Under the pieces are notes generated by a model. That model saw nothing but the letters and a program-made list of their open reading frames with translations, was not told where the DNA came from and ran no database searches. The position numbers and the translations under genes are program-made. This document shows positions 52,942 to 61,207 of a stretch of DNA of 64,000 nt, in pieces (position 1 is the stretch's first letter; every line of letters begins with the position of its first letter). Source of the DNA: a virus (lineage: Duplodnaviria > Caudoviricetes); IMG/VR virus record IMGVR_UViG_3300048893_000042, positions 13,382-77,381 of that record; one strand, written 5' to 3'.

Positions 52942-54669
52942 CTAGGCGCACTCCATCTGGCCGGTCTGCTGGTCGAGGACGCACATGGCACCCTCGTCCT
53001 CAGACGCCACCATGACGCCCCGGCGCTCGCCGCTCACGTTGAACGTGCTGCAGCTCTTGCACCCGGTCTTCCAGGCGGTCATGTAGACCTCCTTGAACTC
53101 GTCCCAGCTCATCTTGGAGCTGTCCATCACCACGGTCTTGCTGACCGCGCTGTCGGTCCAGCGCTGCTGGTGGGCCAGCACCGCCAGGTGCTCCTCCACG
53201 GTGACGTCAGCAGCCAGCTTGCCCCTGACGCCCAGGACAGCCGCACCGTAGTCCTCCACCCGCATCGTCACCTTGCCGTCTGGCGTGTTGATGTCGCGGT
53301 CTGCCGTGTAGGCGAAGACCGGCTCGATGGCGGAGCTCACGCAGTCCGCCGTCATGCTGATCGTGCCGGTCGGTGCCGTGCTCGTGAGGTGAGAGTTGCG
53401 GATGCCGTGCTCGAAGATCAGCTCGCGGATGTCCTCCGGCAGGGTCTGGACGAACTCGCCTCTCAGGTACTTGTCGCGGTCGAAGAGTGGGAAGGCACCC
53501 TTCTCCTTGGCCAGCAGCGCGCTCGCCCGGTAGCACTCGTCACGGATGGTCTGCATGACCTCGTCCTGGGCCTCCAGGAACAGGGCCTCGCCATAGGGTC
53601 GCCCGGTCGCCTCCAAGCAGTTCGCGAGGCCCGCCACCCCGAGGCCCATGCGGCGCTTCGTCACTGCCTCCGCCTTCTGCTGGGGCAGGGGGTACAGGGC
53701 ACGGTCCACCACGTTATCCATGGCGCGGACGATGGGTGGGATGTCCGCCCGCAGCTGGTCCAGGTTGATGGCCCAGCGGGCACTCAGGTCACGAGGCCCC
53801 GGCGCTGGCACCAGGTACTTAGGAAGGCAGAAGGAACCGAGGAGGCAGGCCCCATACGGGGGCAGCGGCTGCTCGGCGCAGGGGTTCGTCGCCGCGATCT
53901 GCTCACAGTACCACAGGTTGTTTGCACGGTTGATGCGGTCGATGAAGATGATGCCCGGCTCCGCCCAGTCGTGGGTGGAGCGCATGATCATCTCCCACAG
54001 CGCCCTCGCGTCAACGGTGGTGTAGACCTTGCCGCCGAAGCGCAGGTCGAACGGCTGACCATCGACCACGGCCTGCATGAACTCATCCGTCACCGCGACG
54101 GACATGTTGAAGCCGCGCAGGTTGTCCTCGTTGTGCTTGACCCGCACGTACTCCTCGATGTCGGGGTGGTCCACCCGCATGACCGCCATCTGGGCACCAC
54201 GCCGGTGGCCGCTCGATGAGGTGCACAGACACACCTCATTGAACACCCGCATGAAGCTCACCGGCCCGCTGCTGCTGCTCTGGAGCCGCTTGATCAGGTC
54301 GTGGCGCGGCCGCAGGGTGGAGAAGTCATAGCCAATCCCCCCGCCCATGCGCATGGTGGCAGCCGCCTCGTGGGCACACTCCATGATCGAGTGCGGCCCA
54401 TCCACGAAGCTGTCAGCGATGGTTGCGCTCACAAAGCAGTTGTAGGGAGTGACCTGCCGCAGGGCGCCAATGGCGCTCTGGATGCGGCCACCGGGCAGGA
54501 AGCGCTGGGGCAGCAGGATGCTGCGCACCTGGTGGTAGTGGTCGTCACTGTCCTTCAGGCCGAAGCTGATGCGGTTGACCTTCTCCCGGAAGTCCTCGCC
54601 GGGTCCCCGGTACTTCATCGCATCCAGCTGGTCGCTGAACTCACTCCGGGGTCCGATTGACTGCGTCAT
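52942..54669 (-). CDS. nrdJ: Ribonucleotide reductase, class II (B12-dependent)
   Basis: NCFV, ATNPCAEQPL..YGACLLGS, RRMGLGV.GLA, TAPTGTIS, C-terminal Cys pair; no small subunit in window. Confidence 0.88.
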   Translation of the reverse strand: MTQSIGPRSEFSDQLDAMKYRGPGEDFREKVNRISFGLKDSDDHYHQVRSILLPQRFLPGGRIQSAIGALRQVTPYNCFVSATIADSFVDGPHSIMECAHEAAATMRMGGGIGYDFSTLRPRHDLIKRLQSSSSGPVSFMRVFNEVCLCTSSSGHRRGAQMAVMRVDHPDIEEYVRVKHNEDNLRGFNMSVAVTDEFMQAVVDGQPFDLRFGGKVYTTVDARALWEMIMRSTHDWAEPGIIFIDRINRANNLWYCEQIAATNPCAEQPLPPYGACLLGSFCLPKYLVPAPGPRDLSARWAINLDQLRADIPPIVRAMDNVVDRALYPLPQQKAEAVTKRRMGLGVAGLANCLEATGRPYGEALFLEAQDEVMQTIRDECYRASALLAKEKGAFPLFDRDKYLRGEFVQTLPEDIRELIFEHGIRNSHLTSTAPTGTISMTADCVSSAIEPVFAYTADRDINTPDGKVTMRVEDYGAAVLGVRGKLAADVTVEEHLAVLAHQQRWTDSAVSKTVVMDSSKMSWDEFKEVYMTAWKTGCKSCSTFNVSGERRGVMVASEDEGAMCVLDQQTGQMECA

Positions 54670-55213
54670 GTGCCTTGTCCCTCTTCCTGATGTATGCCCA
54701 AGCTCGGTGTATCACGTCCTCGGGCACCTCGCTGGTGCCTGGGATGGTGGGGTCGCGTTCGAGGTAGCGGTGGGACTGCTGGCGGCAGCGCTCCAGAACC
54801 AGCCTCGCATTCTGGTTGCCCAGGGTGATCTCATCCATGGCCCACTCGGCCATCTCAATGAAGTGAACCAGCTTGAAGATCGCCTGCTGGACCGGGTCCC
54901 TGAGGCGCAGCACCGGGGGAGGCATGCCCCAGGGCAGGGTCATCTTGAGGACAGCGGCCTCCTCGACCTTGGCGTGCTCGGTCCCGAAGGCTGGGTTCAT
55001 GACCTTGCTGGGGTAGGGTGGGTCACCCGCGACCACCTCACCGATGTCGTGGAACAGGCAGTAGTCCATCACCTCGGTGGGCGCGCTCGGCCAGATGACG
55101 CGCATGAGCCGTGCCACCTGCCAGCTGTGCTCGGCGACAGACTGCTCCTTGATGTGCGGCCAGGTGTGGTAGCGTTGGACCCGGCCCGCGCGCCTCGGAT
55201 CGTGCATAGGCAT
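54641..55213 (-). CDS. HD-domain 5'-deoxynucleotidase-like (YfbR-like)
   Basis: RYHT...QSVAEHS...LFHDIGE...GDPP. Confidence 0.85.
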   Translation of the reverse strand: MPMHDPRRAGRVQRYHTWPHIKEQSVAEHSWQVARLMRVIWPSAPTEVMDYCLFHDIGEVVAGDPPYPSKVMNPAFGTEHAKVEEAAVLKMTLPWGMPPPVLRLRDPVQQAIFKLVHFIEMAEWAMDEITLGNQNARLVLERCRQQSHRYLERDPTIPGTSEVPEDVIHRAWAYIRKRDKAHDAVNRTPE

Positions 55214-55214
55214 G

Positions 55215-55457
55215 TCACATGTCCTCCAGGCACAGGCATCGGCGGAAGACCCACAGGATGCCCCGGTGGGCCTTCTGCACTCGCTCCCAACCCCGGGTGG
55301 CCATGGCCCGGGTCTGGTCCATCGGCGCTTGGGTCCACTGGAGGCGCAGGCACTCCTCAAGTGACTCCCGCACCGCAGCCTCCGCCTGGGCCCTCTGGGT
55401 GTAGGTCCGACCATCCACCACGTAGCTGCCGTCACGCATCACCATGATGAGGCTCAT
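55215..55457 (-). CDS. Hypothetical protein
   Basis: ATGA coupling to TS-family gene. Confidence 0.55.
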   Translation of the reverse strand: MSLIMVMRDGSYVVDGRTYTQRAQAEAAVRESLEECLRLQWTQAPMDQTRAMATRGWERVQKAHRGILWVFRRCLCLEDM

Positions 55458-56509
55458 GCCCGGCGCTCCAGCCACTCGCAGCAGGCCCGGCGCCAGTCGG
55501 CAGCCATGATGCGCTGGGCTACCTGGCGGGCACCAACGGTGTTGCGGTCGGTCTTCCAGATCATGTGGGCAAGGAGCATGGGCCTCGCGGTGCGTTCCAG
55601 GAAGAGGTTGAAGAACCTGGGTCCATCCTCCAGGCCCTTCCGGCTGAGGGCCAGGATGTCCCGCACCTCCATGTCGAACAGGTCCATGTCGTCAACGAGT
55701 GGGACATGCTCACTCACAAACTGACCATAGCGGTCGTCCCACAGCACCTTCGAGAGGTGGGTGTAGTCCACCCTGCTGCCGGCCTGCGCACCAGATGCCC
55801 GGCCCAGCAGCTTCGACAGGGTGTCCTCATAAGCGTGGAAGTTGTTGCTGACCTGGGTGTAGGTGCCGACCGGTACTCTGATCTTGGCGGCCATGTACTC
55901 GTGGAGGATGCTGAAGTGGACCGCGTTGGCCCCATAGCAACCCCAGATGATGTCGTTGGACCGGCAGCACACGGTGATGTCCAGGCAGCCGGTCGGCTGC
56001 ACCCGGAAGTAGGCGTGGGTGTTGCAGGGGATGTCGCGCAGGCCCTTGCGCCCCAGGTCAGACATCGGGTCCCACATCGCCAGGACGCACTGGCGGCTGG
56101 TCGGGTCGCCACGCAGAGTGGTAGCGATGCTCTCCAGCTGGTCCACTGGGGCCTCGCCACCACCATCCATGTCGAAGTGCTGGCGCCAGCGGAACCCATA
56201 GGCCCCGTGCTGGACCCCGTCCGGCTCGGCGAACCGCCGGCTGTAGTCATGGACGAAGCGGTCCAGCACCCTCGCATCGTTCTGGCCGGCCAGCATCCAC
56301 AGGGCCTCGCCCAGGTGGAAGAACGGGTTGGCGTCCCTCACGTGACTGGTCAGCACCCGCTCCACCGGGTTGTGGTAGACCGTGGACACTGGGGTGGGTG
56401 CCACGATGACCCGGCCTGCCCGGCTGTCCTCCCACCTGCCGACATCCACCAGATGTCTGAGACCATCGGACAGGCCCTGGCAGACGTTCCTCACGTCGAT
56501 CACGTGCAT
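55454..56509 (-). CDS. Thymidylate-synthase family; likely dUMP hydroxymethyltransferase
   Basis: ANPFFHLGEALWML.G, DIPCN (catalytic Cys), RSNDIIWGCYGANAVHF (Asn, dUMP-type), NFHAYE; hypermodification gene context. Confidence 0.85.
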   Translation of the reverse strand: MHVIDVRNVCQGLSDGLRHLVDVGRWEDSRAGRVIVAPTPVSTVYHNPVERVLTSHVRDANPFFHLGEALWMLAGQNDARVLDRFVHDYSRRFAEPDGVQHGAYGFRWRQHFDMDGGGEAPVDQLESIATTLRGDPTSRQCVLAMWDPMSDLGRKGLRDIPCNTHAYFRVQPTGCLDITVCCRSNDIIWGCYGANAVHFSILHEYMAAKIRVPVGTYTQVSNNFHAYEDTLSKLLGRASGAQAGSRVDYTHLSKVLWDDRYGQFVSEHVPLVDDMDLFDMEVRDILALSRKGLEDGPRFFNLFLERTARPMLLAHMIWKTDRNTVGARQVAQRIMAADWRRACCEWLERRA

Positions 56510-56949
56510 GCCTTCGCTCCCTCAAAGAGTTCGGCCAGCAGCATGCCGGCCATGGACACGTTCGTCGGGTCGTTGTACCACAGGTTCATGCCGCTCGGGT
56601 GGGGCAGCTGTCTCCACACCACTCCGTCCACCTCCTGTGGGTGTATGAGCAATTTCGGCACCCCAAAGCTAGATCTTACGTCCTGCCCGAGGAGCACCAC
56701 CACTCTGCCCCGGAGCATGGGCCGCAGCCTCTGGGCCTCACGCCGCCCCTCGGCAGCGCTCCACTGCTTGCCCGTGACCAGGTTCATGCGGTCAAAGGCC
56801 CGGATGTAGTCGTGCTTCGTCGCGCCGCAGCGGTCGTGGAGCATCTTCCAGAGCCGCCAGCCCGTGCAGTTCGGTGGGTCAGGCCAGAGCACATATTCCG
56901 GCCTGCTGCTTATCGGGTTGTTCATGCCGATCAGGAGGGGCTTGCTCAC
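56500..56949 (-). CDS. Uracil-DNA glycosylase-superfamily-like protein
   Basis: LLIGMNNP, TGWRLW, VVLLG, LPHPSGMNLWYN. Confidence 0.7.
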   Translation of the reverse strand: MSKPLLIGMNNPISSRPEYVLWPDPPNCTGWRLWKMLHDRCGATKHDYIRAFDRMNLVTGKQWSAAEGRREAQRLRPMLRGRVVVLLGQDVRSSFGVPKLLIHPQEVDGVVWRQLPHPSGMNLWYNDPTNVSMAGMLLAELFEGAKACT

Positions 56950-57104
56950 AGGCCACCCTCTTCCCTGATGATCTTGTCGAGATGGGCACCGACCACCCGC
57001 AGCTTCTCGATGTTGTTCCGGCACAGCACCAGCTCGGCCACCAAGCCATCCGGTGGGTTGTGGAGCACAGCCTGGAGCCGGCGGACCACGTTCTCCCAGT
57101 CCAC
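56946..57104 (-). CDS. 52-aa hypothetical protein
   Basis: GTG just after kinase stop; GTGA coupling. Confidence 0.5.
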   Translation of the reverse strand: MDWENVVRRLQAVLHNPPDGLVAELVLCRNNIEKLRVVGAHLDKIIREEGGL

Positions 57105-57105
57105 G

Positions 57106-57666
57106 TCAGCACCCCAGAAGGGTGCGGGCAGCCTGCAGGGCACCCTCGCGGTCCAGGTCCAACAGGGTGACCGCACCCTCCAGGAGCCGCTGGTGGGTCC
57201 TCCGCAGCGTCCGTGCCCGTCCCTCTGTGTTCGCCGGGTTGAATGGACGGGTGTCGCCCCGTGCGTCGCGGCGCTCCTGCACTGCCCGGAGGCACTCCTC
57301 GACCGGCGTGGTCAGGAAGATCACGCGCACAGTGTCCACACCCGAGTTCGCCAGCTCAACCATCCGGGTCACGTCGTCCTGGACCATGATGCCCTCGAAC
57401 AGGACGTTGTGGGCCTCCCCGATCCCCTGGCGCACCAGGCGGTAGACCTCGTCAACCGTCTTGATCGTGTCGCAGCCGCCGCATGCGGTCTCATAGTGTC
57501 CCAGGACCATGAGTGGCCGGGGGGAAGAGGGGTCGCTCAGGCGGTAGAACAGTGGCTGGCGCCGTCGCTCAACCGTGACGGCTTTCCGGTTGAGGTAGCG
57601 CGCCATGACCGACCGGACGAGGTGTGACTTGCCGGCACCTGAGGTGCCCCGGATGTTTATGATCAC
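57106..57666 (-). CDS. P-loop kinase, paralogue 1
   Basis: IINIRGTSGAGKS; GHYE..CGGCDTIK; VLFEG. Confidence 0.85.
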   Translation of the reverse strand: MIINIRGTSGAGKSHLVRSVMARYLNRKAVTVERRRQPLFYRLSDPSSPRPLMVLGHYETACGGCDTIKTVDEVYRLVRQGIGEAHNVLFEGIMVQDDVTRMVELANSGVDTVRVIFLTTPVEECLRAVQERRDARGDTRPFNPANTEGRARTLRRTHQRLLEGAVTLLDLDREGALQAARTLLGC

Positions 57667-58301
57667 CCTCGCGCTCCTGCTCTGTAGGTGAGGAGGCATG
57701 TGGCCGCCTCGACACACTTTGATGACATCGGACAACCCTGGGGGTTTCCGCACTGGGGCACCCGCTCCGGGAACAGGACGCTCGCCCGCTCGGCGACATG
57801 GTCCTGCTCGAACCTCGCCGGCTGCGGACCCGCGCCCTGCTCCTGGTACTTGCCCTCATAGGGCTGCGCAGTGGCCTCATCGAGCCGGTGGAAGATGACC
57901 TGGGCGATCCCCGTACCACCATGCACCCAGAAGACTGGCCACCACCACAGCAGCCACTTCTCGACCCAGTTGCGCCGTGGCCTGCGCCAGAAGCTGGACT
58001 TGGTGAGTTCGAGGGTGAGGTGCCCGCACCAGCCCGGCTCGATGACAGTGTTCTGGACCAGCAGGAAGACCCTGGCCCAGGTGGACTTGTCGTGGACCAC
58101 GCCCAGCAGGTCGTTGGGCATCTGGAACCACTCCACCGAGCCGGCCAGGACAGCCCGACCTGGCCACACCAGGAAGTCATGGTCCGTGCGGATGTCGTAG
58201 CCCGCAGGCCCTAGTCCAAAGGTCACGCCACGGTAGCGTGTCCTGGGCTGTATCGGGGCCAGTGGGCACACACGTTCGATTGTCTGTGAGGACAGTATCA
58301 T
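57663..58301 (-). CDS. dcd: dCTP deaminase
   Basis: GLGPAGYDIR, HDKSTWAR, NTVIEPGWCGHLTLEL, IAQVIF, YEGKYQEQ. Confidence 0.88.
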   Translation of the reverse strand: MILSSQTIERVCPLAPIQPRTRYRGVTFGLGPAGYDIRTDHDFLVWPGRAVLAGSVEWFQMPNDLLGVVHDKSTWARVFLLVQNTVIEPGWCGHLTLELTKSSFWRRPRRNWVEKWLLWWWPVFWVHGGTGIAQVIFHRLDEATAQPYEGKYQEQGAGPQPARFEQDHVAERASVLFPERVPQCGNPQGCPMSSKCVEAATCLLTYRAGARG

Positions 58302-58350
58302 TGTCTGTCTACTCTCCACCCGTCTGGTCGGGAAGTAAAGGGCCAGCGAA

Positions 58351-58581
58351 CTAGTGTCGCGTCGGGTCGCCTATGCGTGATTCGCCTGGCGCCAGGGGCA
58401 CCATGACCTTGGTGATGTGTGTTGCCTGGCAGAGCGGTGACCGCTGGGTGTGGTCCAGGCCAATCGTGTGGGTCAGGGTTGTCATCCAGTCACGGATGTC
58501 CTCCTGAGGACCGCGCTCGCGCACATCCACCGCAGCATCCTTGATGCCGCACTCGTCACAGATGTAGAGGACCCGGATCAT
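58351..58581 (-). CDS. Small Cys/His (zinc-binding-like) protein
   Basis: YICDECG...DHTQRSPLC; ATGA coupling. Confidence 0.7.
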   Translation of the reverse strand: MIRVLYICDECGIKDAAVDVRERGPQEDIRDWMTTLTHTIGLDHTQRSPLCQATHITKVMVPLAPGESRIGDPTRH

Positions 58582-59138
58582 ACCCTCATCACCTCCAGCA
58601 CCCGGCTGACCACCTCGTCCCGACTGACCAGATGGGTGCGGGCACCCGCCGTGTCCATCCTCTGGGTGTAGTTCCGCGCTCGGATGACGTGGCCTTCGGT
58701 GTTCTTCCAGGTGGTCAGTGGAGGCTCACCCTGCTCAGCACGCCGGGCATTGACCCCACGCTTGCACTCGGTGATGTGGGTGTCGAGCCGGAAGACCACG
58801 ACACACCCCGGGAACTCGCGCACCATCTCGGGTCCGCGCGTCATGTTCATGACGAACAGGCCCTCATAGAGCACGTGGAACTCCATCAGGTGGAAGTCCT
58901 TGACCAGGCGGAAGATGCGCGGGATGTCCTTGATGGTGTCGCAGCCTCCCGTCACCGCCTCATAGTGGCCGGGCACGAAGACCGGCTTCCGCACATCCGG
59001 CAGGTGGAACGTGTAGCCTATCGGCTGCTTGCGGCCGTCGTTGCTGCGCACGGCCTCGCGTTCCGGCGCCAGGTCCATGACCGCGCGGACTGCGGTGCTC
59101 TTGCCCGATCCGCTGGTGCCGCAGATGTTTATGATCAT
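58578..59138 (-). CDS. P-loop kinase, paralogue 2
   Basis: IINICGTSGSGKS; GHYE..TGGCDTIK; VLYEG. Confidence 0.85.
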   Translation of the reverse strand: MIINICGTSGSGKSTAVRAVMDLAPEREAVRSNDGRKQPIGYTFHLPDVRKPVFVPGHYEAVTGGCDTIKDIPRIFRLVKDFHLMEFHVLYEGLFVMNMTRGPEMVREFPGCVVVFRLDTHITECKRGVNARRAEQGEPPLTTWKNTEGHVIRARNYTQRMDTAGARTHLVSRDEVVSRVLEVMRV

Positions 59139-59635
59139 GAGAACTTATACTCCAGGTAGCGCCGCCAGTCAGGTATGCGGGTGACCAAGCTTCTGCTAAC
59201 CTGGTCGTGGATGTCCCTCAGCTCATGCCCAACCGGCACCTTGTTGAGCCAGTGCTCACTGGACTGGGATGCTCGGGTGAGGGGATCGTGGTCTGGTCCT
59301 CTCGCCGATGACCCATTGTACGCTGCGGCCTTGTACACTCGATTGAGCAGCAGTCGCTCATAGGTGCTGGCTCGTTCACCCAAGATGTCAGCCATCTCTT
59401 CCCAGAAGCCCTCACACAGCTCTTCCATCATCTCATGGAAGCGCTGGGCAGACACCCTCATGCTGCGGTCCTTGACCATGGCATCACGGGTGCCCTTGAC
59501 CCTGAGTATAACTGCCTCGCCCATCATCTTGGCAAACATGGGCCATGCCCCCTGGGGCTTGCCCTTCTCTGACCCACCGCCCTTGCCGGTGGGTCGAAAT
59601 GGACGCACCCCTGACTCAATGGGACCTATTGTCAT
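59135..59635 (-). CDS. Hypothetical protein; probably an independent gene although in frame with the upstream PRTase
   Basis: ATG 59635 overlaps a TGA in another frame (TGATG). Confidence 0.55.
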   Translation of the reverse strand: MTIGPIESGVRPFRPTGKGGGSEKGKPQGAWPMFAKMMGEAVILRVKGTRDAMVKDRSMRVSAQRFHEMMEELCEGFWEEMADILGERASTYERLLLNRVYKAAAYNGSSARGPDHDPLTRASQSSEHWLNKVPVGHELRDIHDQVSRSLVTRIPDWRRYLEYKFS

Positions 59636-59995
59636 CACCCCACCCCCGTTCCAAGGGCCTGCGTCCAGGTGCTGGCGGTGAACACGGGTGACCTGAAGCT
59701 TCGGGTCGCCAGCAGCTTGCCGCAGGTGCTCCCGAGCTCCGATCATCGAACCGCCCGTGGTCAGCACATCATCCACCAGCAGCGGTGGGTAGCCCTCCTT
59801 CCGGTAGGGCATCAGCGCCGCAGCGAGGCGCAGGCCACCCGTGGGTATGCCATAGACCTGGCTGAAGAAGAACTTGTGCGAGATGATCTTGGCCAGGGCT
59901 TCCATGTCGCTGTCCGCCAGGAAGTCACAGTCAACCTTCCAGGGCAGCATGAGGCCTGAGTGACCGGCGAACATCCCATATTCGATCAGGCTCAT
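59635..59995 (-). CDS. Type I phosphoribosyltransferase-like protein with apparent frameshift near 59742
   Basis: F.GHSG..LPWKVDCD, VYGIPTGG, LLVDDVLTTGGS PRPP-binding motif. Confidence 0.75.
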
Positions 59996-60813
59996 GGCGC
60001 GTGCCCGTTGATGACGGGCGGGGGCATGGCAGCCGCGAGGCGGTCCGCCGTCTCACCCCACCCACGCAGACCCTCGCCCACCTCATGGATGTCCTTGCCG
60101 ACATGATAGTGGCCTGTGCCCATGCTCTTCCACTTGCACAGGATGGTCTCAAGTTCCTGCGGACCGCAGCGGCGGTCCTCGGATGGGGGTGCGGAGTAGC
60201 GCTCAAAGAACCCCAGCAGCCGGTCATAGATGCGACGCTCCGCCTCTGAGGCATCCGGCTGCTCGTGGTCCGCCTCGCGACCACGCAGGATGCCGAGTGC
60301 CGCTCGGGGCTCACTGTACATCAGGATGGTGCCCGGGCTGAACTGGATGGAGGCACCGTAGCAGCGCTCCATCATGTCGGCCACCTTGAAGGCTATCCAG
60401 GGGCCAAACAACATCCAACCCTGGACCTCACGCATGACCAGCTGCTCGGTGCCCAGGTCGGCCAGCCGGCGGACACGGTCCTCCGGAGACTGGTGGCTGA
60501 GGCGGTTGACTGCCTCCACGCACTTGCCACCCCTGAAGTGCCGGCGCTCGGCAGACCGGGGCCAGCGGCCACTGGCACCCAGGCCCAAGGGAATGCTCAC
60601 ACGGTTGTCTGCAGCCACACTCATCCAGTGCCAGTACTCCTCGCCCTTGTGCTCGCTGAGCCATGCAGCCGAACCAAGGTGGTAGAAGCACCAGTAGGCC
60701 AGCAGCAGCCGGCACATCTGCGGCTCCTCGATGCCAGCCCCGTGGATTGCCACATACACCGGGTCCAGGTCGCCGGTCTGGATCAGGGCCTGCCCAAAGT
60801 CTCGTATGTCCAT
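59992..60813 (-). CDS. Amino acid:DNA transferase (aGPT-Pplase2 clade, M6 gp51-like)
   Basis: FGQALIQTGDLDPVY, AYWCFYH.G, ERRHFRG, FGPWIAFKVADM, QELETILCKWKS...Y.VGKD. Confidence 0.85.
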   Translation of the reverse strand: MDIRDFGQALIQTGDLDPVYVAIHGAGIEEPQMCRLLLAYWCFYHLGSAAWLSEHKGEEYWHWMSVAADNRVSIPLGLGASGRWPRSAERRHFRGGKCVEAVNRLSHQSPEDRVRRLADLGTEQLVMREVQGWMLFGPWIAFKVADMMERCYGASIQFSPGTILMYSEPRAALGILRGREADHEQPDASEAERRIYDRLLGFFERYSAPPSEDRRCGPQELETILCKWKSMGTGHYHVGKDIHEVGEGLRGWGETADRLAAAMPPPVINGHAP

Positions 60814-60932
60814 CACCGTTGCCTCACAAGCACGACCACAAGGATGACCGCCACGATGGCGAGGATGCCGGCCCACTCAAGTCGCCCACAGGACACCATG
60901 AAGGTTCCCAGGCACTGGTATGGGTACAGCAT
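60813..60932 (-). CDS. 39-aa membrane micro-protein (not in ORF track)
   Basis: TGATG coupling at both ends; WAGILAIVAVILVVVLVRQR. Confidence 0.6.
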   Translation of the reverse strand: MLYPYQCLGTFMVSCGRLEWAGILAIVAVILVVVLVRQR

Positions 60933-61207
60933 CAGAGATACCTCAGCAGCTTGCGGCGCAGGTCTTCGGTCGCGCTCGCAATGATGCGACCCCTCCCATG
61001 CCTCGGTGTGACCGACGCGAACTGCTTGATCTGTGCGACCAGAGCGATCATCGCGATGGCCGTCTTCTCAGACGCATCCAGGTCGGTCTGCTGCTCCAGG
61101 TACTCGTGGATGTGCTTGAGGTGCGGCATGTACCTGCCGCTCTCCGGCTCCGCAACGTAGCCCGGGATGATGAGGTGCGGACCTCCCCCGTTGGTGCCCT
61201 CGTTCAC
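60932..61207 (-). CDS. Hypothetical protein
   Basis: Coupled at both ends; 91 aa. Confidence 0.65.
   Translation of the reverse strand: MNEGTNGGGPHLIIPGYVAEPESGRYMPHLKHIHEYLEQQTDLDASEKTAIAMIALVAQIKQFASVTPRHGRGRIIASATEDLRRKLLRYL

Noticed and set aside
40787-54219. Long plus-strand ORFs (40787-42271, 50991-52070, 52885-54219)
   Set aside because: Shadow frames opposite motif-bearing minus-strand genes
57106-59138. Calling the P-loop kinases the 5-hmdU DNA kinase
   Set aside because: The characterised 5-hmdU DNA kinases belong to the helical aGPT-Pplase1 clade, whose motifs I could not find here
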